This document shows positions 10,463 to 19,224 of a stretch of DNA of 45,352 nt, in pieces; the stretch's first letter is position 1, and the number at the start of each line of letters is the position of its first letter. The DNA is from an uncultured Candidatus Saccharibacteria bacterium (GTDB lineage Bacteria; Patescibacteriota; Kazan-3B-28; UBA10110): contig CAYRIH010000006.1 in the NCBI GenBank assembly GCA_964424375.1, forward strand, positions 1 through 45,352, written 5' to 3'. The translations under genes and the position numbers were made by a program. The notes beneath the pieces are model-generated. The model was not told the origin of the DNA. It saw only the letters and a list, made by a program, of their open reading frames with translations, and did no database searches.

Positions 10463-10800
10463 AATACCTTAATAATTAAAATGGGTTAACTCCGTATTGG
10501 TTCTATATTCGCAAGACTGTAAGTTGGGAGTAGCTTGCCTAGCAAGCCATTGTCCTACCCTCCTTGGGCAAAGCTTGCGGGCAAGGTTCTCCCTGCTTAT
10601 TCCTGGATACCCCAATCCAACAAGTTCACTTGGGATTTGGCAAAAAAGCCTTTTGGCTCGGTATCTATGTAATCTTGGGGAGAAAGGGGTTAGAGGGGGC
10701 AATTAGTTTTTTAGCTCTGATAGCAACATTTCAATCCTACCAGAAAATACTTCGATGTAAATAGCTAGAGTGCCGATATGCCCCCTTTAGCTTACCTAGT
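10463..10800 (+). ncRNA. Candidate large structured noncoding RNA of unknown family
   Basis: GC-enriched region with no credible ORF; about 11 stems paired by eye; G-U pairs favour the + strand; consensus promoter upstream. Ends are approximate. Confidence 0.5.
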
Positions 10801-10809
10801 TGTAATGTT

Positions 10810-11322
10810 CTATAAAAATTTTTCTTTAATTAGTTGTATCGCTTGTGGTATGGCTTTTTTAATTTGGGATAATTCTTGATGAGTAAATTTAGAAGTTACA
10901 TATTCATCTGGCTCTGATATGTGTGAACGTCCAATCCCAATTTTAATTCTAGCTATTTTGTTAGTTTTGAGATGGTTTATTATTGATTGCATGCCTTTGT
11001 GTCCTCCACTGCTCCCAGCCTCCCGGTAGCGAAGTTTGCCGAGCTCCATATCAATGTCGTCGGAGATCACAAGAATATTGGTCGGGGCAACGTTATGCTT
11101 TTTGGCGATAGCGAGCAATGGTATACCGGAGTTATTCATAAATGTTTGAGGCTTGAGGAGCTCAACCGTATCGGTTTTGCTAAAGACAACTTTACGAGCT
11201 TTATTTTCCTTAAACTTGATACCTAAATCTTTTACTAGACGATCGATTACCATCAAACCCACATTATGGCGGCTGTGCTCATATTTTTTTCCTGGATTTC
11301 CTAATCCAACTATTAGTTTCAC
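10810..11322 (-). CDS. pth: Peptidyl-tRNA hydrolase
   Basis: LIVGLGNPG, RHNVG, KPQTFMNNSG, SSGGHKG and RIKIGIG motifs. Confidence 0.95.
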   Translation of the reverse strand: MKLIVGLGNPGKKYEHSRHNVGLMVIDRLVKDLGIKFKENKARKVVFSKTDTVELLKPQTFMNNSGIPLLAIAKKHNVAPTNILVISDDIDMELGKLRYREAGSSGGHKGMQSIINHLKTNKIARIKIGIGRSHISEPDEYVTSKFTHQELSQIKKAIPQAIQLIKEKFL

Positions 11323-11513
11323 TGTGATGGGGTTTGCTTAAGACGCTTCTTGGCTTCTGGGCTAATTTCTACTGTATCATCTTCACCTTTTAATGGGCGC
11401 GTAGGTTTGCTTTTAGATAAATCTTCCACCTTCCTGGGTGGCTTATCTATTTGTTGAAAGGAGTTAATACCTCCTTCGTTACCGGGGTTGCCGATTTTTC
11501 TAATACTAATCAT
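11319..11513 (-). CDS. Small hypothetical protein
   Basis: 64-aa ORF whose stop overlaps the pth start (GTGA); contains DTVEISPEA. Confidence 0.55.
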   Translation of the reverse strand: MISIRKIGNPGNEGGINSFQQIDKPPRKVEDLSKSKPTRPLKGEDDTVEISPEAKKRLKQTPSQ

Positions 11514-11570
11514 ACTTACAGTTTTTATGCCTGTAATTACTTGTTTTATATTAAATCTAGAAGTACCTTT

Positions 11571-11822
11571 TTAGGCCTTTTGAACCATAGCGCCTTCTTT
11601 GACTGGTGAATCTACCTTTACTCCGATTACATCACCCTTCTTGGCTGAATCTACTGCAGCTTTTTCAACCTGCATAGAATCTATGGTTTGCTCAAGTTCA
11701 TCTTCGCCTTTGACGAATTTGACTTGATCACCGACTTTTAGACCGCCAGATATTTCTATAATTGCCACTCCTATTTTATCGTAATAGTGAATGACTTTGC
11801 CGATATTTTTTCCCTCTGCCAT
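11571..11822 (-). CDS. Small beta-barrel protein (translation elongation factor domain II-like / U32 C-terminal-like)
   Basis: IGKVIHYYDKIGVA...LKVGD...QTIDSMQV...AKKGDVIGVKV; GGGAGG SD. Confidence 0.8.
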   Translation of the reverse strand: MAEGKNIGKVIHYYDKIGVAIIEISGGLKVGDQVKFVKGEDELEQTIDSMQVEKAAVDSAKKGDVIGVKVDSPVKEGAMVQKA

Positions 11823-11923
11823 TGTTATCCTCCCTTGGGTTAGGATATGACAAATATATTATATCATTAAATAAAATCTTTTTGCCACTATTTGTTTAGA
11901 TACACGATAATTTGAATTTGGGA

Positions 11924-11971
11924 TTAATTTGCTTCTGGGGGCTGGAAACCAATTTGTTTGTTTTCCATAGA
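11924..11971 (-). repeat. Direct repeat copy 1: duplicated 3' end of the DUF3467-like gene (att-like)
   Basis: 48 bp identical to 14647-14694 except one base (11927 vs 14650); encodes SMENKQIGFQPPEAN*. Confidence 0.92.
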
Positions 11972-11983
11972 CTATCGGGCTAT

Positions 11984-12685
11984 TTAGAATATTTTTATTA
12001 TATCCAGACTATCGGTTTCTAGATCTTCTCCAAAGTAGGAATCTAGCTTAATACTAGTTTCAAACAATCTCTGTGCTTCTGCATCAATAATTCCAGTTTG
12101 GTCTATCCTTTGCTGTTCTATTAATTTAGTGAATGGATCTTGCTTTAATATTGGTTTTTCAACCAATTTTCTTACAGCCAACAGCTCGTTGTTTTTTAGC
12201 AACTGAAATTCAGTTATACTGCTATGGAATTTCATATTTAAAATTATAGATGTATCTTCTAATTTAATCATGGATTCGAATGGTTGGCATTTTCGTGTAT
12301 TGGTGATTATTATACCCTCATCAGTTATACATTCAGGCAAAGGATCAACCATTATAATGTCATCGAAGTTAAATTTGATCCGCTCTAAAATCCTGCCATA
12401 TCTATTCAAGCTCCTAAGTTCATAGTTGCCTATTTTTGAATAACTCGGGATAGCTTTCCCTTTTACCACCAAAGAAAAACCAACATTCTCACCACTTTTG
12501 AATAATTGAATAGCATAAACATCTTTTACATAAGTAGAGTAGGTTGTAGATTCAATTAGAGTTGGGAATACAGCAAATATTCCAGATATTTGTCCAAGTG
12601 TTGCAATTCCTATAACAGAAACCATTATTATGACCGCTGCCCAAAGCATATATGTTCTACTCTTGTTTTTATTCTTTTTATTCAT
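11984..12685 (-). CDS. Hypothetical membrane-anchored/secreted protein
   Basis: Basic N-terminus plus a TM helix; start overlaps the upstream stop (ATGA). Confidence 0.75.
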   Translation of the reverse strand: MNKKNKNKSRTYMLWAAVIIMVSVIGIATLGQISGIFAVFPTLIESTTYSTYVKDVYAIQLFKSGENVGFSLVVKGKAIPSYSKIGNYELRSLNRYGRILERIKFNFDDIIMVDPLPECITDEGIIITNTRKCQPFESMIKLEDTSIILNMKFHSSITEFQLLKNNELLAVRKLVEKPILKQDPFTKLIEQQRIDQTGIIDAEAQRLFETSIKLDSYFGEDLETDSLDIIKIF

Positions 12686-14643
12686 GAATACTCCCCTAAT
12701 AATGTCTCAAGATGAGCCTCATTCACTGGTCCGTGCCAGTGGTTCCACCAGTAGTAATCTTTGAATGGTTCCTGTCCATGTATAAAATCCGTAAGACTAG
12801 TGCGTGAACTTATCATAATACTCTGAAGGGATGGTCTAAAGTTGTCATCTGAATAGCCGCAACCTGGTCCCAGAAGATCGCTAATTCCCAAGAAATCTTC
12901 TTTATTTATACAATCATCAAGATCTTTTGTACATTTGTTGTATTCAATTGTGCCTAGAAGATAACCACCATACTTTGAAATAAATTCGCTCCATGTTATA
13001 CCTTTACCTACAATACTGAGTTCACTCGGAGATAAAACCTGTAAATTTCCCACTGCTTGTCCAACTTTATCTCCCCACCAATTCATTGCTTCTTCTGTTG
13101 ATACAGCACAATTAGGTTGACCAGGCCAATTGGGATAGTCACCGTAATCACCATATTCATCCCTAAGGCTTCCAAAAGAATGTCCAAATTCATGTACAGT
13201 AATGGCTGTATTAATATCATCTTCAGAAACCGTGGGTAATCGAACTACTGCCCAAACTCCTCCCAAGGTTGCGTAACCTCCACCATAGCTGAGACCCCGA
13301 GTAAAATAAATAACTTTATCATAAGGACAGTGAAGATAATTTGAGGGATCAAATTTACAAAATCCATCTTCACATAAATCTTGCAATAAGTAAGTGCTTA
13401 CATGCAGATTAATTTTTTCTTTATTAAATTTGTAAGGCTCTATTCCATACTCGCCAATAAAATATTCCTGTTGTATGTTGATAAGCTCTAACAAGTCATC
13501 TACTGTTTCAAAACTCTCGCCAACAAATAAAATATCCAATGTATCTTCTATTGGACCATTATCCAGAATTGTTAAACATTCGTCTGGTGATGCGATTATA
13601 TAGAATTCATTCCCCCAACCAAAACCCACTATGACATTATTTGAATATAGGTTGTATTTCAATTTATATAATGATATCTCTTCAAAAAGAGAGTTCCAAT
13701 AATTTCCATATATTCCATCTCCCACTTCTCCATCTCCATGTTCACCGTCATCAAACAATTTTATTTGATCTATTTCTTCGACTAGTTTGTTACCAATATG
13801 CCTAGTAATTTCTACTTCAACTCTATCAAACTGAGGCGTTTCATCATCTACTCTTATACCACCCTTAATTAATATGTTTTCTCCAGCTTGGAAAATCAAT
13901 GGTTCTGCATGGATATTTTCAACTACTTCAAAATTTCTTGTTAGAATAATACAATTTTCAGAATCAAAATTTTCAAGAGGCTTGTCTTCATCAATTTCAA
14001 TTACGTAATTACAGACAACTGCACCTACGATATACTTTCCAAGCTCTAAGTCTGGACTATAACTGTGATAATGAGTTTGGATGTCTATTATTTTACCTAA
14101 ATCATATGAATATACCCCCCAATTATAAAAAAGTTTTGGAAATAATCCCAAAGGTTTATACTCTTTTATTTTCCAAATCCACTGCAAAACAGTTTCTTTA
14201 TATTGTTCTTTTATTGTGCCCCATAAGTGGAGTTCCTTTACGTTTATTGGTTTTATTTTATAACTACACCCATTAGTTTCAATTTCCTGTAAATTCAACG
14301 GCTCATCTATAAAAACGGGACAATAAACAACACCAACCCAATACCATTTGTCTCCTTCCAGAAAAACCACATCTTCTAGTTTATTGTTGTTAAGCGCTTC
14401 TTCTTCAATGATATCTTTCTGGAAATATTTTGGCAGGAATTTCTTTTCTTCTATATCATAAATTCCCCACCAATAATAAGGAGTTTCAAAGTTTTCCGGA
14501 TTGTTTGCTTCAAAGTCGTACTTTGCCACTACAAACAATTCGTCAGGGGCAGTTATTTCCAACTGTGCAGAAGCTGCTGCAGCCCAAGATAAGCTTAAAA
14601 TAATCACAAAAAAACTGAAAATCAAAAATTTGTTCATGGTCAT
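12682..14643 (-). CDS. Secreted M64 (IgA peptidase-like) zinc metallopeptidase with a choice-of-anchor-X-like segment
   Basis: Signal peptide; DILFVGESF; TVHEFGHSFGSLRDEY; FRPSLQSIM; LFDDGEHGDGEVGDGIYG. Confidence 0.75.
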   Translation of the reverse strand: MTMNKFLIFSFFVIILSLSWAAAASAQLEITAPDELFVVAKYDFEANNPENFETPYYWWGIYDIEEKKFLPKYFQKDIIEEEALNNNKLEDVVFLEGDKWYWVGVVYCPVFIDEPLNLQEIETNGCSYKIKPINVKELHLWGTIKEQYKETVLQWIWKIKEYKPLGLFPKLFYNWGVYSYDLGKIIDIQTHYHSYSPDLELGKYIVGAVVCNYVIEIDEDKPLENFDSENCIILTRNFEVVENIHAEPLIFQAGENILIKGGIRVDDETPQFDRVEVEITRHIGNKLVEEIDQIKLFDDGEHGDGEVGDGIYGNYWNSLFEEISLYKLKYNLYSNNVIVGFGWGNEFYIIASPDECLTILDNGPIEDTLDILFVGESFETVDDLLELINIQQEYFIGEYGIEPYKFNKEKINLHVSTYLLQDLCEDGFCKFDPSNYLHCPYDKVIYFTRGLSYGGGYATLGGVWAVVRLPTVSEDDINTAITVHEFGHSFGSLRDEYGDYGDYPNWPGQPNCAVSTEEAMNWWGDKVGQAVGNLQVLSPSELSIVGKGITWSEFISKYGGYLLGTIEYNKCTKDLDDCINKEDFLGISDLLGPGCGYSDDNFRPSLQSIMISSRTSLTDFIHGQEPFKDYYWWNHWHGPVNEAHLETLLGEYS

Positions 14644-14646
14644 TAT

Positions 14647-14694
14647 TTAGTTTGCTTCTGGGGGCTGGAAACCAATTTGTTTGTTTTCCATAGA
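14647..14694 (-). repeat. Direct repeat copy 2, forming the end of the intact gene
   Basis: 14651-14694 is identical to 11928-11971 (44 bp perfect). Confidence 0.92.
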
Positions 14695-14961
14695 TTGCTG
14701 GACAGCTGGAGATATTTTTATAGTGCCATGCTGTTTTTCATAAGCTTCGATGTGTTTGCCTAGAACCTGCATTAAAGACTTAGCATGCTGAGGACTTAAT
14801 GTAATTCGGCTAATAATGTTGATCATCTTCATTTGAGGGATTTGCTGGCCAAAGTCAAAATTAAAAGCGGATGGCTGGTGACCAATAAGGGCAATGTCAC
14901 TATAATGTGCTTCTAAATTACTTTTCTCTATGTTTATACGAACTTCCTGTTTTTGATTCAT
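14647..14961 (-). CDS. DUF3467-like protein
   Basis: YSDIALIGH...FNFDFGQ...ISRITLSPQHAKSL...YEKQHGTI matches the family pattern as recalled. Confidence 0.8.
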   Translation of the reverse strand: MNQKQEVRINIEKSNLEAHYSDIALIGHQPSAFNFDFGQQIPQMKMINIISRITLSPQHAKSLMQVLGKHIEAYEKQHGTIKISPAVQQSMENKQIGFQPPEAN

Positions 14962-15015
14962 AGTTTTTTTGATTTAATTTATATCAACTATTTCATTATA
15001 CTCTTGTTATATAAT

Positions 15016-16368
15016 TTATTTGGTGGAGCTTTTAATCAACTTCCAGCGCAGAGGAGCACCAATCATTGGGAAATGAGCACGAATTTTCTTTTCTAAATAG
15101 CGTAAATATGAAAAATGAATTTCTTCTGGGCGATTAACTTTAAGTTTAATAGTAGGAGGATTCACTTGGCTCATGCCAGCAAAATATATTTTAGGAGACT
15201 GCCGCCGTCCCTTTGGGGGGTTGATATTATATGCATCAGCGATTATGCCATTAAGTTTTCTGCCGGGAATCTTGGTATTAAGAGACAACCAAACTTCTTT
15301 GATTTGATCTACAATCTTATCAACCCTTTGGCCAGTCAGCGCCGATAGATAGATATGTGGTGCCCATTTAATAAAAGCAAACTTTTGAGCTAAATACTTA
15401 TCATATTCGGCTGTAGTTCTGCCATCTTTTTCAACAGCATCCCATTTATTAATTATAAAGATTAATCCCTTATATTCTTCTAATATAATTTGAGCGATGT
15501 GCATATCCTGAGCAATAACACCTTCAGGGCCTTCTAGTAAAAGTAATGCAATATCAGCTTCTTTTATGGCTCTAATTAATTTTAAAGAGCTAAATTTTTC
15601 TATCCCCTTCTCTATTTTGCCTCGCCGTCGCAGACCGGCGGTATCGATAAATTCAATTTCTATGGTATCAGCATCAATTGTAGCGTTAACGGTGTCTCGG
15701 GTGGTTCCCGGCTGATTACTAACTAATGATCGATTTTGACCTATCAATTTATTAAATAAAGTTGATTTACCTACATTGGGTCGTCCCAAAATAGCTGTTT
15801 TGACAATTGGTTTTTCATTGACTTCAACTTTTTTAATTCTAGGCTTTTTGATTTTTAACAGCTGATTAGTGATATTGTCTAGCAAATCGCCTATCCCTCG
15901 GCCCTGAACGGCAGATATCATAATTGGTTCACCTAATCCCAAATTGTAGAATTCATGAACAATGTTATCATATTTTTTACCTTCGGATTTATTAACAGCT
16001 AAAATAACGGGTTTGTTAATTTTTCTAATTATAGCAGCCGCTTTTTTATCTTCAATATGCAAACCCTCTCTAATATCAGCCAGAAAGATAATTAAATCAG
16101 CTGATTCTATAGCTGTTTTGGTTTGAAGCAAAATATCTTGAATGAGTGGAGATTTATTGTCCAGTTCAAGACCAGCAGTATCAGCAATAGTAAAGTTAAG
16201 TTTGTTCCAGATAGTATGGCCATACAAAATATCCCTGGTAGTACCGGGTATGGGAGTGGAAATGGCAGTTGGTTTTCCTAATATCTTGTTAAATAGAGTT
16301 GATTTGCCCACATTGGGTCTGCCAATAATTGCCACTAGATATTTAGATTGTGGATTTTTACTTCCCAT
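15016..16368 (-). CDS. der: Ribosome biogenesis GTPase Der (EngA)
   Basis: Two GRPNVGKSTLFN P-loops; two GTTRD motifs; two DTAG motifs; NKxD-like motifs; KH-like C-terminus. Confidence 0.96.
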   Translation of the reverse strand: MGSKNPQSKYLVAIIGRPNVGKSTLFNKILGKPTAISTPIPGTTRDILYGHTIWNKLNFTIADTAGLELDNKSPLIQDILLQTKTAIESADLIIFLADIREGLHIEDKKAAAIIRKINKPVILAVNKSEGKKYDNIVHEFYNLGLGEPIMISAVQGRGIGDLLDNITNQLLKIKKPRIKKVEVNEKPIVKTAILGRPNVGKSTLFNKLIGQNRSLVSNQPGTTRDTVNATIDADTIEIEFIDTAGLRRRGKIEKGIEKFSSLKLIRAIKEADIALLLLEGPEGVIAQDMHIAQIILEEYKGLIFIINKWDAVEKDGRTTAEYDKYLAQKFAFIKWAPHIYLSALTGQRVDKIVDQIKEVWLSLNTKIPGRKLNGIIADAYNINPPKGRRQSPKIYFAGMSQVNPPTIKLKVNRPEEIHFSYLRYLEKKIRAHFPMIGAPLRWKLIKSSTK

Positions 16369-16380
16369 CTTTAAAAATGG

Positions 16381-17301
16381 CTATAGAAACTCTATCCAAG
16401 TATATGATTTAAGAGCCCAATCTAGTAAAAGTTTGCCTTCAGCAAAACGATCCGGACTATTTAATAATACAGCTATAACTATCTGATTGCTGTCTCCTGT
16501 GGCAGCTGTCACTAGAGAAGCCCCAGCTCCTAAGGTGGTGCCAGTTTTTACTCCAATTACATTAAGATATGTGCCAACGAGTTCGTTGGTATTTTTTAGC
16601 TTGTGCTTAAATTTGTTAGTAACATCTGTTACAGTAGTCTCTTGGATAGTGACGATAGAACGGAAAGTTTCATTTTTTAAGGCATGAGTTGTTAATTTGG
16701 CCAAATCCTGAGCTGTAGAATAATGGTTGCCACCATCGGCTCCATAGGAGTTGGAAAAATGGGTATCTTTAAGTTCCAATTGTTTGGCATATTGATTCAT
16801 AGCATCAACAAATCGGATTGAATTACCCATAATACCATCTGCTAAAGCATAAGCAGCATCATTAGCAGATTCTATTAAAGTACCTTTAAGCAAATCTTCT
16901 ATGGTTAATACTTCTCCGGCCCATAAATACATTTGAGAGCCGTCTAACACGGATGCAGTTTTAGATACTCTAATGGTGTCTTGGAGGTCGGTAGAGTATT
17001 TTAACACTACTAAGGCAGTCATAATTTTAGTAAGACTGGCCATAGCTAAGCGTTGGTTGGGATTTTTTTCAAATAAAACCTTGCCTGTATTTGCATCTAT
17101 AACTATGGCTGAAGTTGCTTCAATTTCTGGATCTGCAGCCAATGGATTGCGAACCGGTTCAGGTTTTATTAGTTGAATAGCTAATGATTGTAGTGGATAT
17201 GCCATGGAGTCGCCAAAAACACTCATCAATTCTGTTTTGATTGAGCTTAAGGATCCAGTTAAAAAGTTTATCATTACTAGAAAAATAGCTAGAGTTTTCA
17301 T
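16381..17301 (-). CDS. D-alanyl-D-alanine carboxypeptidase (peptidase S11)
   Basis: SxxK (ASLTK), SxN (ESANDAA), KTG; N-terminal signal/TM segment. Confidence 0.92.
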   Translation of the reverse strand: MKTLAIFLVMINFLTGSLSSIKTELMSVFGDSMAYPLQSLAIQLIKPEPVRNPLAADPEIEATSAIVIDANTGKVLFEKNPNQRLAMASLTKIMTALVVLKYSTDLQDTIRVSKTASVLDGSQMYLWAGEVLTIEDLLKGTLIESANDAAYALADGIMGNSIRFVDAMNQYAKQLELKDTHFSNSYGADGGNHYSTAQDLAKLTTHALKNETFRSIVTIQETTVTDVTNKFKHKLKNTNELVGTYLNVIGVKTGTTLGAGASLVTAATGDSNQIVIAVLLNSPDRFAEGKLLLDWALKSYTWIEFL

Positions 17302-18689
17302 CCCGTTTTTTTGTGTTTAGAAATTGAAATACTAAGTTCTTCAAGTTGCTTAGGATTAGCTTCTCTAGGAGCATCCATCATTGGATCCCGAGCTTTATCA
17401 GTTTTAGGAAAAGCTATGACTTCTCGAATGTTTGGTTCTCCAGCTAAAATCATTATCAATCTGTCTAAACCTGGCGCAATTCCTCCATGCGGCGGCACAC
17501 CATATTTAAAAGCTTCCAATAGATGACCAAACTTAGATTCTACTTCTTTTTGGGATAGTCCCAAAATAGAAAATATCTTGATTAAAAGCTTAGAATCGTG
17601 AATACGAATGCTCCCGCTACCCACTTCATAACCATTAAGCACAACATCGTAAGAAGTACTAGTTATTGATAGTGGATTTTTGTCTAATTTATTCATATCT
17701 TTTTTGGCAGGTGCAGTAAATGGATGGTGACAAGATTCAATCCTGCCTGTTTTTTTATTTTTTTCGAAAAGCGGAAAATCTATAATCCAGGCAAAAGCTA
17801 ATTCATTAGGATTATCTTTATTTTTGCGCAAATCCGGCTTATCTGATTTATATTTAGTTATAGCTTCTTTGTAAGTTAGTCTGGGCCATGGAGTTTTAGT
17901 AATTTTTTTATTAGGAAAAAGTTTTTTAACCATGGTGGTAAATAGTTCCTCGGTTAAAGTCAAGATGTCTTCTTGCTCCACAAAAGACATTTCTAAATCT
18001 AGTTGGGTGAATTCTGGTTGTCTGTCTCCCCTGCTATCTTCATCTCGCATGCATCTGGCAATCTGATAGTATTTATCTAATCCAGCAACCATCAGAAGTT
18101 GTTTATATTGCTGGGGGCTTTGAGGTAGAGCAAAAAATTTGCCTGGATATCTGCGAGATGGAACTAGATAATCTCTGGCTCCTTCTGGAGTAGCAGTAGT
18201 TAGAATAGGAGTCTCAATTTCTATAAACCCGATTTTATTTAGAAATTCTCGGATATAAGTAATAACCTTATGTCTTAAAATGAGATTATTTTTCATTCTC
18301 TCGTGGCGAAGGTCTAAGTAACGATATTTTAATCTAGTTTCTTCATCTGTGACCAATTCTTTATCAATTTCAAATGGTGGAGTTTCTGCTTCATTAAGAA
18401 TGGCAATTTTATCAACGGCCACCTCAATTTTGCCAGTAGGAATTTTGGGGTTGTGGTATTTAGCCTCACGTTTTATTACTTTGCCTTCAATAGATATGAC
18501 AAATTCGGGTTTAAGCTGTTTGGCTTTATTGTATTTATTGTCAGCAAAAACAAGTTGTATAATGCCGGATACATCTCTTAAATCTACAAAAGCGATCTGC
18601 CCCATATCTCTAATGCTATGAACCCAACCATTTAATTGTATTTTTTTACCAATTTGATTAGAAGCTTCTAGAGCTAATATTCTCTTCAT
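17298..18689 (-). CDS. aspS: Aspartate--tRNA ligase, short form lacking the GAD insertion domain, probably non-discriminating
   Basis: OB-fold N-terminus; TPEGARDYLVPSR; LPQSPQQYKQLLM; RQPEFTQLD; PPHGGIAPGLDRL; 463 aa. Confidence 0.95.
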   Translation of the reverse strand: MKRILALEASNQIGKKIQLNGWVHSIRDMGQIAFVDLRDVSGIIQLVFADNKYNKAKQLKPEFVISIEGKVIKREAKYHNPKIPTGKIEVAVDKIAILNEAETPPFEIDKELVTDEETRLKYRYLDLRHERMKNNLILRHKVITYIREFLNKIGFIEIETPILTTATPEGARDYLVPSRRYPGKFFALPQSPQQYKQLLMVAGLDKYYQIARCMRDEDSRGDRQPEFTQLDLEMSFVEQEDILTLTEELFTTMVKKLFPNKKITKTPWPRLTYKEAITKYKSDKPDLRKNKDNPNELAFAWIIDFPLFEKNKKTGRIESCHHPFTAPAKKDMNKLDKNPLSITSTSYDVVLNGYEVGSGSIRIHDSKLLIKIFSILGLSQKEVESKFGHLLEAFKYGVPPHGGIAPGLDRLIMILAGEPNIREVIAFPKTDKARDPMMDAPREANPKQLEELSISISKHKKTG

Positions 18690-18775
18690 TCCGTTAGAAA
18701 TTTTTAAATAGGTGTTTGTATTACTCTTAACTATGTTTTATTGGCTCCCGTTGCATAAATTTCTAACGGGATAAA
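18685..18775. repeat. Inverted repeat of the TCTAACGGG family abutting the aspS start
   Basis: CCGTTAGAAATTT (18691-18703) / AAATTTCTAACGG (18757-18769) is a perfect 13-bp pair; 19 bp with 2 mismatches. Confidence 0.7.
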
Positions 18776-18835
18776 TCTTGTAATTTATTACTTTACTATC
18801 ATAGCAGATTAAATACCTATCTGTTAATTATTAAA

Positions 18836-18858
18836 AAACAGACACAAACTGTCTGTTT
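18836..18858 (-). terminator. Intrinsic terminator
   Basis: AAACAGACA-caaac-TGTCTGTTT; T-run on the minus strand after the 102-aa gene. Confidence 0.6.
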
Positions 18859-18880
18859 AATTTATTAAATAAGATTTAAA

Positions 18881-19189
18881 TTACTTGCCAATTACCATTT
18901 TAGATAGTGAATTGAAGATATTTTGTAAAATAGGTAAGATGCCTGGAAAAATAACTATTAATAAAGCTAACCAGAGCCAGTTTTTTCTGATTAAATTCCA
19001 CAAACCAGCAGCAATGGCCAAAATTAGAACTACTGAAACTATCCATTGATATGGTTCCGGAAACACAGATATAAATTGATTGTATAAATCAAATAGTCTC
19101 TCAAAAAACCCCATGGCGGCTTGTTCACCCGCTTCGGTAGCTTGATCTTTAACAGTGTCAACTATAGCGTTAGTTAGTTCATCTCCCAT
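18881..19189 (-). CDS. Small membrane protein
   Basis: 102 aa with two hydrophobic helices. Confidence 0.7.
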   Translation of the reverse strand: MGDELTNAIVDTVKDQATEAGEQAAMGFFERLFDLYNQFISVFPEPYQWIVSVVLILAIAAGLWNLIRKNWLWLALLIVIFPGILPILQNIFNSLSKMVIGK

Positions 19190-19224
19190 AACAATTTTAT
19201 TTTATCACGTTTTTAAGTGAAAAT

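Larger units (their letters stand above)
11972..14646. mobile_element. Integrated two-gene cassette bounded by 48-bp direct repeats; no integrase
   Basis: Flanking duplication of a gene 3' end; contains two unrelated secreted-protein genes. Confidence 0.6.

Noticed and set aside
10469-10764. Three short ORFs (69, 66 and 77 aa) in the mfd-pth gap
   Set aside because: No SD, weak starts, mutually overlapping and no recognisable motifs; RNA structure explains the region better.
10688-10800. tmRNA, SRP RNA, RNase P or 6S identity for the structured region
   Set aside because: No T-loop/CCA end, no SRP GGAA-loop motif, no GAGGAAAGUCC, and the fold is multi-branched rather than one rod. A very divergent homologue cannot be excluded without Infernal.
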